Source: an uncultured Candidatus Rokubacteria bacterium
Lineage (GTDB): Bacteria; Methylomirabilota; Methylomirabilia; Rokubacteriales; CSP1-6
Direction of reading: 5' to 3'
Length of the DNA: 64,000 nt
Assembly (NCBI GenBank): GCA_963771355.1
Contig: CAVYTA010000006.1
Location: 2,656,001-2,720,000, forward strand
Part shown: in pieces, positions 21,864 through 30,374 of the stretch
Layout: each line of letters opens with the position of its first letter
How positions within the stretch are numbered: the stretch's first letter is position 1
Translations under genes and position numbers: made by a program
The notes under the pieces: generated by a model
The model's input: the letters and a program-made list of their open reading frames with translations, nothing else
Databases searched by the model: none
Told to the model about the DNA's origin: nothing

Positions 21864-22059
21864 ATGCGCGGTTCGCACCTGAAATGCCGCTTGACCTGTA
21901 CGTGAGCCAGCATCGCGAGTAGTCAGCGGAAGCGCCGAGAGGACCCCGGTCCTCCAGGCGCTTTTTTTGTTTTCCCCCGATCTTGGGGGTGCCCCGGCCA
22001 TGGTGGTTGGGGATCACGCGGGTGGCCCATCGCCGCTCAAGGAGAGAGGGAACCGAGGT

Positions 22060-22260
22060 ATGGCACAAGGTACGGTCAAGTGGTTCAACGACGCGAAGGG
22101 CTATGGCTTCATTCAGGTCGAGGGTGGCGAGGACGTCTTCGTGCATTACAGCGCCATCCAGGCCCAGGGCTTCAAGAGCCTGGCCGAGGGTGACAAGGTC
22201 GAGTTCGAGGTGACCAAGGGCCCCAAGGGGCTTCAAGCCTCGAACGTGCGGAAGGCGTAA
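22060..22260 (+). CDS. cspA: cold-shock protein (CspA family), copy 2
   Basis: [18 protein letters not shown]...DVFVHYSAI. Confidence 0.95.
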   Translation: MAQGTVKWFNDAKGYGFIQVEGGEDVFVHYSAIQAQGFKSLAEGDKVEFEVTKGPKGLQASNVRKA

Positions 22261-22290
22261 CAACTACCAGACCCCAACTCAGAGACGACG

Positions 22291-22326
22291 ACGGCCCGCC
22301 GGGATGCCGGCGGGCTGTTTTATTTT
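22291..22326 (+). terminator. intrinsic terminator after csp2
   Basis: ACGGCCCGCCGG-GATG-CCGGCGGGCTGT then TTTATTTT. Confidence 0.8.
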
Positions 22327-22354
22327 CCAGTCATCCCGCCGGCCGGCGGTGGGC

Positions 22355-22687
22355 AAGAAAAAGCCCCGACGGTGCTTGCGGCCTAGGTGCTGCCTGGCCG
22401 CCCCGCTGGTGAAAGAGCGGGACCGTCGGGGCCGGTGGTTCCTGGATCCTCCAGGGCCACCTGCAACTGCTACATCCGGGCCTTAGGAGGTGACCACCTC
22501 ACAGATCACCGTAGGAGTACACATCGGCTGGATCACCTCCCTTTCTCGGCGAGGCCGGAAATAGGCCCAGGTCCCTTTGACCTCGCACCGGACGCCGACT
22601 CCCGGCCCGAGGCTCGGTCACGTCGTCGCCGGCGAAATTGCCGACGGGAGACGCTGATGGAGCCTGTGTGCGCTCCGACCGATTTCG
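22355..22687 (-). ncRNA. candidate ~330-nt structured RNA / small-peptide mRNA with extended SD
   Basis: Own promoter (22693-22721); several hairpins; 16-nt match to 16S rRNA 3' end before a 13-codon ORF; closing stem plus U tract. Confidence 0.6.
22483..22524 (-). CDS. putative 13-aa peptide MCTPTVICEVVTS
   Basis: ATG directly after AGAAAGGGAGGTGATCCAGCCG; translation unproven. Confidence 0.45.
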   Translation of the reverse strand: MCTPTVICEVVTS

Positions 22688-22692
22688 GGGTC

Positions 22693-22721
22693 ATCGTACC
22701 TACACGACGGAGGGCGTGCAA
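22693..22721 (-). promoter_or_regulatory. sigma70-type promoter
   Basis: TTGCAC-17 bp-TACGAT on the minus strand. Confidence 0.65.
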
Positions 22722-22731
22722 AGGCTTTTTT

Positions 22732-23037
22732 TCACTTCACCGCGATCCGCCCTTCGTTCTTCTCCAGCACGCCCTTCCCCACGCCCTCGACCTTCTCGAG
22801 ATCCTGCGCGCGCCGGAACGGACCGTGAGCCTGGCGGTAGCTGATGATCCGGTCGGCCGTGCCCGGCCCCACCCCGCTGAGCTTCATCAGCTGGGCCCGC
22901 GACGCCTCGTTGATGTTGACCTTGCCCTCCGCCTTGGCCGGCTTGTCCTCGGCGCTCGCGCCCCCGGCGGTCAGACATAGCGCCAGCGCCGTCACCGTCG
23001 CGATTCCGATCATCCGTCCGAGTCCACCTCGCTCCAT
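22732..23037 (-). CDS. ComEA-like helix-hairpin-helix DNA-binding protein
   Basis: Signal peptide plus VNINEAS..QL..LSGVGP..A..II.YR...G.F....DL..V.GVG. Confidence 0.88.
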   Translation of the reverse strand: MERGGLGRMIGIATVTALALCLTAGGASAEDKPAKAEGKVNINEASRAQLMKLSGVGPGTADRIISYRQAHGPFRRAQDLEKVEGVGKGVLEKNEGRIAVK

Positions 23038-23174
23038 CGCTCGCTCCTCCTTTGGGGTATGAGTTGGCTTGTTGCCACCCGTTGAGGGGAATTTGAGCGG
23101 CGGGGACGGAGAGATCAATGTCCCAAGTTCGATACGGGACGAGCGGCCACGCGGAGATACACTTCGGGCGACGG

Positions 23175-23540
23175 TCAGGGCGCCAGACGAAACGTGAACT
23201 CGCCCTCGACGACGTGGCTGTCCACCGACAGCACGCGCCAGCTCACGGTGTAGCGGCCCGGCCCGATGGGGAGGAGTGGCACCCGGAGCCGCTTCGGCGC
23301 TCCCGCCTCCAGGTGGGTCTCACCGCGATCCACGCGACGCCCGGCCTCGTCAGTGACGCGGACGGTGGAGAACGCCGCTTCCAGGCGCTCGGTGAAGCGC
23401 AGCCGCACATCAGCCGGCACCGTCTTCACCGTGCTCCCGGGCCGCGGCTCGGCGCCCTCGAGGAAGGAGTGCGCGGAGGCGCTGCCAGCGACCATGACGA
23501 GCGCGAGGAGCGCGAGCGTCAGGCGGCACGCCCCGCTCAT
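23175..23540 (-). CDS. copC: CopC copper-binding protein
   Basis: Signal peptide then mature N-terminal His (ASA|HSFL); WRVLSVDSH. Confidence 0.85.
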   Translation of the reverse strand: MSGACRLTLALLALVMVAGSASAHSFLEGAEPRPGSTVKTVPADVRLRFTERLEAAFSTVRVTDEAGRRVDRGETHLEAGAPKRLRVPLLPIGPGRYTVSWRVLSVDSHVVEGEFTFRLAP

Positions 23541-23851
23541 TCCCCTCCGACCCGGCCCTGCGCCTTGAGATAGTCCTCCCACTCCCAGGCCAGCAGCGAC
23601 TGCTTGCGGTTGTTGCAGTCCTTGCAGGCCGGCACCATGTTGCCGCGCGAGGAGCGGCCGCCTCGGATCAGCGGTACCACGTGGTCGGCGGTCAGCGCGC
23701 GGGTACCCACCTGTCGCCCGCAGTAGTGACAGACCCCCTCGGCGATGCGGCGCTTCCACCAGGCGCTCTGGCGAAGCTCGCGCGCGCGGGCCTTCTCTCG
23801 GCGCAGCTCGGCCCCGTCCACCATGGGGATGAAGCGCGGGGGCTCCGACAT
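23537..23851 (-). CDS. stand-alone HNH endonuclease
   Basis: Motifs CHYC, DHVVPL.RGG.S...N.VPACKDCN. Confidence 0.88.
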   Translation of the reverse strand: MSEPPRFIPMVDGAELRREKARARELRQSAWWKRRIAEGVCHYCGRQVGTRALTADHVVPLIRGGRSSRGNMVPACKDCNNRKQSLLAWEWEDYLKAQGRVGGE

Positions 23852-23862
23852 CCGGGCCTCCC

Positions 23863-25908
23863 TCACCCGCCCTCGACCGCGGTCAGCTGCTCGGAGAGCT
23901 CCTCCCATTCCTTCATGAGCCAGGCCACCTGCTCCTCCGCCTGCCGGCGCGACTCCGAGATCTCGCGCGCGCGGTTGCCGTCGCGGTAGAGGTCCGGATC
24001 GGCCAGTGCCAGCCCGATGTCGGCCAGCCGTGTCTCCATCTCGGCGATCTGCTTCTCGATGGTTTCGAGCCGGCCTCGTATCGCCTTCACCTCGCGCTCC
24101 AGGGCCCGCCGACCCGACTTCTCGGGCGACCCTTCCCGGCGCGCCGGCGACGGCCCGCGAGCGGGCGCGGGTCGGGCGGGCGACGACGGGGAGGGAGGAG
24201 CGGGCGTGGTGATCGCGGCGGCGGGGCGGCTTCCGGCGGCCCTCGCCGGAGGCCTCGCGCCGGACATCGCGTCGGGGCGGCGCGGCCCGGGCGCGGAGAC
24301 GGGCTCCGCCGACGTCCGCGCCGCACTGGCGGCGAGATAGTCATCGTAATTTCCGAGATAGTCGGTGAGCCGGCCCCCCTGCACCTCGACCACCCGCGTG
24401 CCGATGCGGTTGATGAAGTAACGGTCGTGGGAGATGAAGACGATGGTCCCGGTGAAACCGGCCAGCGCCTCCTCGAGCACCTCCTTGGAGGCGAGATCCA
24501 GGTGGTTCGTCGGCTCATCCATGCAGAGAAGCGCGGCCGGATGCACCAGCATCTTGGCCAGCGCCAGCCGCGCTTTCTCTCCCCCGGACAGCACCGCCAC
24601 GCGCTTGTCCACCGCGTCGCCGCCGAAGAGGAACGAGCCGAGAATGGTCCGCAGACGGGTGTGGGTGGCGTCGGGGGCGGCCCCCTCCAGCTCCTCGAGC
24701 ACGGTGTGCGCCGGATCGAGGGCGTCGAGCTGATGCTGCGCGTAGTAGTGCACCTCGACGTGCGACCCCAGCACGCGCTCGCCCGCGTCGGGCGGCAGCA
24801 CGCCGGCCAGCATCTTGAGCAGCGTGGACTTGCCGGCGCCGTTGACGCCCACCAGCGCGATGCGCTCCGCGCGCTCGGCGGTGAAGTTCACCCCCGCGTA
24901 CACCACGTTGTCGCCGTACGCCTTGCGCACACCCTCCAGCCGCATGACGATGCGGCCGGTGCGGGGCGGCTGGGGAAACTTGAAGTGGATCTTCCGCGCG
25001 TCGCCGTCCACCTCGATCCGCTCCACTTTCTCGAGCATCTTGATCCGGCTCTGCACCTGGCGCGCCTTGGTGGACTTGTAGCGGAAGCGGTCGATGAAGC
25101 GCTCGATCTCCTCGATGCGCTTGGCCTGGTTGCGGGCCCGGGCCTCGATGAGCGCCCGCCGGGCCTCGCGCTCCACGAGGAAGTGTCGTAGTCGCCCGGA
25201 TAGACCTCCACCTCGCCGGCCGCGAGCTCGGCGATGGAGGTGACCATGCGGTTGAGGAAGTAGCGGTCGTGCGACACGATCACCACGCTGCCGTCATAGG
25301 AGGCGAGGAAGTTCTCGAGCCAGCCCAAGCGACTCGAGATCGAGGTGGTTGGTGGGCTCGTCGAGGAGCAGGAGGTCGGGGCGCAGCAGGAGAAGCCGCG
25401 CCAGGGCCGCCCGCATCCGCCAGCCGCCCGAGAACTCGCCGAGCGGGCGGTGGAGCCCGGCGGGCGCGAAGCCGAGCCCGCCCAGGATCATCTTGGCCTC
25501 GGCCTCGAGGCGGTAGCCGCCCAGCGCCTCGAAGCGATGCTGGACCTCGCCGTAGCGGTCGGTCAGCCCGGGGTATGCGTCGGGGCGGGCCATCGCCTCG
25601 GCGAGCCGCTCCAGCTCCGCCTCCAGCTCCCAGACCTCGTCGAAGCCGGAGAGCGCCTCCGCCAGCACGGTACGGTCGACCCCGCCCGCCACTTCCTGGG
25701 GCAGGTACCCCACGGTGATGCCGCTGTCGAGGTGCACGCGCCCCGCATCGGGCTCCTCGGCGGAGGCCAGGATCCGACAGAGCGTGGTCTTCCCCGCCCC
25801 GTTGGGCCCGACCAGGCCGATGCGCTCCCCGCGGCCCACGCGCCACGAGCATCCGCGCAGGAGCTCCTGCCCGCCGTAGCCCTTGGAGACGCCGTCGAGC
25901 GCGATCAC
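23863..25908 (-). pseudogene. ABC-F family ATPase interrupted by two compensating single-base indels (possibly assembly error)
   Basis: Two NBDs (GPNGAGKT, GVNGAGKS, SGG, DEPTNHLD) split over three ORFs; extra base near 25325, missing base near 25184. Confidence 0.8.
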
Positions 25909-25911
25909 GAC

Positions 25912-26316
25912 CTAGCCGTTGGTCTGCACGCGCTCGGGGACGACCTTGTAGATCACCCGCACCTCGTCCGGCTTTCGGTACGGATACTTGTCCACGCCCA
26001 TGTACTTCTTGGCGAGCGAGTCGATGTGGGCGTCCGCCCCGGTCTCGGTCATCTCCGCCACGCGGCCCTTGATCTGCAGGTACCGATACGGATTGTCCGG
26101 GTCCACGATGGCCAGCGCCACCTTGGGCGTGCGCCGGACGTTCTTGTCCTTCACCCGGCCCTTTGCGCTGTTGAAGCGCAGATGGGTGCCGTCCCAGTCG
26201 AACCACACCGGCGTCACTTGCGGGCCGCCGTCCGCGCCCACGGTGGCGAGGCTGGCGAAGGCCTTCTTCTGCGTGAGCACGTCCTTGAACCCGTCGGGAA
26301 TGGTAATGGTGGCCAT
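25912..26316 (-). CDS. PPOX class F420/FMN-dependent oxidoreductase
   Basis: Motifs ASLATV..DG.PQVTPVW, K.KN.RR.P.VAL, YRYLQIKG. Confidence 0.88.
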   Translation of the reverse strand: MATITIPDGFKDVLTQKKAFASLATVGADGGPQVTPVWFDWDGTHLRFNSAKGRVKDKNVRRTPKVALAIVDPDNPYRYLQIKGRVAEMTETGADAHIDSLAKKYMGVDKYPYRKPDEVRVIYKVVPERVQTNG

Positions 26317-26666
26317 CACTTGGTTCCTTTCTTGATTCCGTCCATCACGTTGAAGGCGTGCCGCACCGACTTGATGGCGAGGGTACCGCCCATCAGCACC
26401 CCCACGTCCATGGTCTCCGCGATCTCGGCGGCGGTGGCGCCCAGGTGGAGGACCTCCTCCACGCGGTGCTCGATTCAGTCGAAGCAGTTCTGAGAAATGG
26501 CGACGGCCAGCGCGGTGAGCTCCTTGTGCTTCTTGGACAGGGCCCCGTCGGCGAATACCCGCTTGCCGAGGTCGCCGAAGGCCCCCGGCACCTTCATGGG
26601 ACTGCCGGCCATGAGACCGTTCAGGCGCTTCCGCTCCTCGGTCTTGTCGTGCAGGTGGAACGTCAT
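26316..26666 (-). CDS. AhpD/carboxymuconolactone decarboxylase family protein, probable selenoprotein (Sec64)
   Basis: ALSKKHKELTALAVA..QNCFD[TGA]IEHR...GAT..EI.E; fold homology continues past the in-frame TGA at 26475-26477; SECIS-like hairpin follows. Confidence 0.8.
26445..26462 (-). promoter_or_regulatory. bacterial SECIS-like hairpin
   Basis: GUGGAGG-AGGU-CCUCCAC beginning 12 nt after the UGA; G in the apical loop. Confidence 0.65.
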
Positions 26667-26667
26667 C

Positions 26668-27237
26668 TCAGCTCTCCTCTCGTGAGCGCTCGTCGTTGGC
26701 GGGGGCGGAATCCGGTGCGCCCGGGCTCCGGGAGTCCATGAGGGACCGCGCGCGCGCTTCCGCCATCCCGCGCACCGCGAGCAGGAGCCGCATGAGGCAC
26801 TGCTGCACCAGCCCCGAGTCCTGGGCGGTGGGATCCGCCATCCAGGCTCGCGCCGAGTCACGGTTGTCGGCCTGGAACCCCAGCGTGGGGGACAGGGTTT
26901 GCAGCCGAAGCAGGAGGTCGTCGGGCGGCAGGCCGGCCGCGCGCAGCCGGGACACCACCGCCCCTCGGACAGCGGCGTTCCAGATGCCGGTGAGCGCCTC
27001 GAGCAAGGCCGCATAGCAGGTGGCGTCGGCCTTCTGCCCCAGGTGCTCGAGCACGGCGGCGACCAGCGGGTGCACCGCCGGCCGGCCCTCGTCGTCCACG
27101 CCGACGAAGCCGGCGAGGAGCGGATCCTTGGCCAGCACCGCGGGGCGCTCGAACAACCCGATGAGCTCGGTCACCGGCACCGGAGGCAACCCGGCCAGGC
27201 GCTCCAGGAGGGGCGAGTCGCCGCTCACCGTGGTCAT
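26668..27237 (-). CDS. hypothetical protein
   Basis: Protein-like ORF from MTTVSGDSPLL filling the operon gap. Confidence 0.65.
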   Translation of the reverse strand: MTTVSGDSPLLERLAGLPPVPVTELIGLFERPAVLAKDPLLAGFVGVDDEGRPAVHPLVAAVLEHLGQKADATCYAALLEALTGIWNAAVRGAVVSRLRAAGLPPDDLLLRLQTLSPTLGFQADNRDSARAWMADPTAQDSGLVQQCLMRLLLAVRGMAEARARSLMDSRSPGAPDSAPANDERSREES

Positions 27238-27248
27238 CGGCCGTCCAC

Positions 27249-27575
27249 CTAGTGGCCACCCGTGCAGCCCGCGCACCGGCACAGCGCGCGGAGCGCGGTG
27301 TAAGGATAGAGACTCTGGTGATCGTCGGACCACTCCACCCGCAACCCGTCCGGCTGGCGCTTGATCTCGCGCGGCCAGGTCATGGCCGCGGTGAGTGGCG
27401 CGGGCGCGTCGGGCTCCCGGGCGGGGTCGTCGAGGCGAAGGCGCTCGAAGGGGTAAATGCTCGAGTGACCGTCGCCCCAGGACACGCCGAGCGCGTACCG
27501 TCCGACGAGGTGGATGTCCTTGGGCTCGCCCGGGTTGCCCTGCCCCAGGATGGGGAGATTGCCCTTGATCGTCAT
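27249..27575 (-). CDS. DUF971 (GBBH-like N-terminal) protein, two repeats
   Basis: VGRYALGVSWGDGHSSIYPFERLR and VEWSDDHQSLYPYTALRALCRCAGC. Confidence 0.82.
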   Translation of the reverse strand: MTIKGNLPILGQGNPGEPKDIHLVGRYALGVSWGDGHSSIYPFERLRLDDPAREPDAPAPLTAAMTWPREIKRQPDGLRVEWSDDHQSLYPYTALRALCRCAGCTGGH

Positions 27576-28492
27576 GTCCCGCCCCCCGCGGTCGCGCGCG
27601 CGAGCCGCTGCCCGGCCAACAGATAGTGCACGGCGAGGTTCTGGTGCGGTCCCCATGCCTTGGCGCGGCGACGGATGGCACGCTCGCTCAGCCCGCGGCC
27701 CCGGTTGTAGAAGTGCTCGAACGCCTTTCGCACCGCGAGATCGCCGGCGGGGCAGACGTCCCCGCGCCCGAGTCCCCGCGCCAAGAACCACTCCGCCGTC
27801 CAGCGACCGAGCCCGCGGAGCGCGGTGAGGGCCTCGATGATCTCCTCGTTGGATCGGTCGGCCACGGCGGCAAGATCCAGCGAGCCGGAGGCGATGGAGC
27901 GCGCGAGACCGATGATGTATTCCGCCTTCCGCCCGCTGAACTTCATGGCCCGGAGCTCGGAGACACGGGCGCGCGCGAGGACGGCGGGCTCCGGGAAGAC
28001 GTAAACCGTTTCCCCGCCCACTCGCAGGCACGTCCCGAAGCGGCGCACCAGGGCGGCGCGGAGCGAGAAGGCGAAGGTGAGGTTCACCTGCTGCGCGCAG
28101 ATCGAGCCCACCAGCATCTCGAAGGGCTCCGGCATGAGGGTCGGCCGCAGCCCCTGGAGTCTGGCCACCAGGTCCCCCAGTACCGGGTCCGCCTTGGCCG
28201 CGATGTAGAAGCCGGCCAGGTCGAGATCCGCACCGCAGATCCGCCGGGCTTCGGCCACCGCGGCGGCAAGGACATGGGAGCGGCGCGCACCAGGTACGCG
28301 CACGGTGATCCGCGGGTCGTCCGGCTCGCCGGTCCAGCGGAGCTCGTAGCCATGCCAGCCCTCGCCTACCCGCACCGCCCGGCGGAGCACGCCCTCGCCG
28401 AGCCGGTTGACGGGATCCTCGCCCCAGGTGCGGAAACGGGAAAAGGTGCGCGTGAGATCCAGCGGAGGGGGAACGTGCAGGGTTGCTTCCAT
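27572..28492 (-). CDS. alkA: DNA-3-methyladenine glycosylase II (AlkA family)
   Basis: Motifs PFEMLVGSICAQQV, HhH LRGLGRWTAEW, PAGDL. Confidence 0.88.
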   Translation of the reverse strand: MEATLHVPPPLDLTRTFSRFRTWGEDPVNRLGEGVLRRAVRVGEGWHGYELRWTGEPDDPRITVRVPGARRSHVLAAAVAEARRICGADLDLAGFYIAAKADPVLGDLVARLQGLRPTLMPEPFEMLVGSICAQQVNLTFAFSLRAALVRRFGTCLRVGGETVYVFPEPAVLARARVSELRAMKFSGRKAEYIIGLARSIASGSLDLAAVADRSNEEIIEALTALRGLGRWTAEWFLARGLGRGDVCPAGDLAVRKAFEHFYNRGRGLSERAIRRRAKAWGPHQNLAVHYLLAGQRLARATAGGGT

Positions 28493-28523
28493 CGCGGCCG
28501 CTTCAGTGTACCAGAGGGAAGCC

Positions 28524-30350
28524 CTAGCGGCTCAGGTGATAGGGGACGTCGGTGACGACGACGTTCTTGCGGAAGAGAAGCGCACCCTTGATGACCAGCG
28601 CGGTCTGGTTGTGCAGGAGATGCTGCCACCACTTCGCGGGGATGAACTCCGGGATGATGATGGTGACCATGTGATGGTCGCCCAGGGCGAGCAGATGGTC
28701 GAGATAGTCGAGCAGCGGGCCCAGCAGCATCCGGTAGGGTGACGAGAGGACGACCAGCGGCAGCCCGCAGCCCCACTTCCCCCACTTTTCCTCCAGCCGC
28801 CGGGTTTTCTCCGGATCCGTCTCCACGTACACCGCCTTCGCCACCGGGGAGAGCGTGCGCGCGTACTGGAGCGCTTGCACCACCCCCTTGTGGAGGTCGC
28901 CCACCAGCACCAGCACCGTGTGCTCGATGGGCGGCGGCTCGTCGAAGTCCTCCAGCGAGAGCTGGCGCGCCACCTCCCGGTAGTGGCGGTTGATGCTCAG
29001 GAAATGCGCCACCAGCGCGACGCCGAGAATGAGCACGATCCAGGCCCCGTCGTGGAACTTCGTCACTCCGGTGATGGTCATCACCAGCCCGGTGGTGAGG
29101 GCGCCGAGCCCGCTGATGGTCGCCCGCCACCACCAGCCGGGCGGACGCCGCACCAGCCACCGGCGCACCATGCTCAGCTGCGACAGGGTGAACGAGGTGA
29201 ACACCCCCACCGCGTAGAGCGGGATGAGGGCATGCGTGCTGCCGTGGAAGATGAGGATGAGCGCACCCGACGCCACCGCCAGGATGATGACCCCGTTGGA
29301 GTAGACCAGGCGATCGCCCCGACTGATGAACTGACGCGGCAGGTAGCCGTCGCGCGCCATGAAGTAGGCGAGCCGGGGAAAGTCGGCGAAGGCGGTGTTG
29401 GCGGCGAGCACGAGGATGACCATCGAGACGGCCTGGATGAAGTAGTAGAAGAGGCCGCCTCCGAACACCTGCCGCGAGAGCTGGGAGATCACCGTCTCCT
29501 CTTCGCGGGGGACGATGCGGTAGAGGTCGGCAAGAGCGGTGATGCCGATGAAGAGCGTGATCATGATGATGCCCAGCGCGACGAGGACCTTCTGGGCATT
29601 GCGCACCTCGGGCGGCTTGAAGGCGGTCACCCCGTCCGACACCGCCTCGATTCCGGTGAGGGCGACGGCTCCGGAGGCGAACGCGCGCAAGAGGAGAAAA
29701 ATACCGATCTCGCCCATATGCTCTTCCGCGGGCAGGCGGGCGGGCGGAGGGGCTCCGGGCCCGCCGAACAGGTAGGAGACGAGCCCATAGCCGATGAGGG
29801 CGAGATAGCCGGCGATGAAGAGATAGCTCCACACCGCGAAGATCCGACCCGACTCCCGCAGACCCCGCAGGTTGGCCACGCCGATCAGCGCGACCATTCC
29901 CACCCCGAGCAGGACCCGGTGGGGGTAGAGCGTGGGCACCGCGGAGGTGAGGGCGGCCACGCCCGCGCTCACGCTCACCGCCACCGTGAGCGTGTAGTCG
30001 ATCAGGAGCGCGGCGCCCGCCGCCAGGCCCGGATAGACGCCCAGGTTGTCCTTGGTGACGAGATAGTCGCTGGCGCCCTGCGGGTACTCCGCGATGGTCT
30101 GGCGGTAGGAGGTGATGACGATGGCGATGACGAGGCCGATGGCGATGCCGATGGGCACCGAGAAGGAGAGTGCGCCCACTCCCGCCAGCAGGAGCACGCG
30201 CAGGATCTCCTCGGTGGCGTACGCGACCGAGGAGAGATTGTCGGAGGCGAAGACGGCGAGACCGGTAACCTTGTCCAGGCGCTCGTGGCGCGCCTGCGCG
30301 GTGGCGATGGGGCGCCCCACGAACAACTGCTTGAGGCGGCTGATCTTCAT
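28524..30350 (-). CDS. APC family KimA-like K+ transporter, paralog 2
   Basis: Motifs ASDNLSSVAYATEEIL, LTGIEAVSDGV, LIPLYAVGVF, WWQHLLHNQTA. Confidence 0.9.
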   Translation of the reverse strand: MKISRLKQLFVGRPIATAQARHERLDKVTGLAVFASDNLSSVAYATEEILRVLLLAGVGALSFSVPIGIAIGLVIAIVITSYRQTIAEYPQGASDYLVTKDNLGVYPGLAAGAALLIDYTLTVAVSVSAGVAALTSAVPTLYPHRVLLGVGMVALIGVANLRGLRESGRIFAVWSYLFIAGYLALIGYGLVSYLFGGPGAPPPARLPAEEHMGEIGIFLLLRAFASGAVALTGIEAVSDGVTAFKPPEVRNAQKVLVALGIIMITLFIGITALADLYRIVPREEETVISQLSRQVFGGGLFYYFIQAVSMVILVLAANTAFADFPRLAYFMARDGYLPRQFISRGDRLVYSNGVIILAVASGALILIFHGSTHALIPLYAVGVFTSFTLSQLSMVRRWLVRRPPGWWWRATISGLGALTTGLVMTITGVTKFHDGAWIVLILGVALVAHFLSINRHYREVARQLSLEDFDEPPPIEHTVLVLVGDLHKGVVQALQYARTLSPVAKAVYVETDPEKTRRLEEKWGKWGCGLPLVVLSSPYRMLLGPLLDYLDHLLALGDHHMVTIIIPEFIPAKWWQHLLHNQTALVIKGALLFRKNVVVTDVPYHLSR

Positions 30351-30374
30351 CGGTCCGGGGGCGAGGGTACCACG

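Noticed and set aside
22525..22546. 16S rRNA gene fragment
   Set aside because: Only the terminal ~20 nt match and no flanking rRNA sequence is present; better read as an extended SD on the opposite strand.
23537..23851. HNH as a defence or homing system
   Set aside because: Small stand-alone HNH inside an operon; no methylase, intron or other defence genes nearby.
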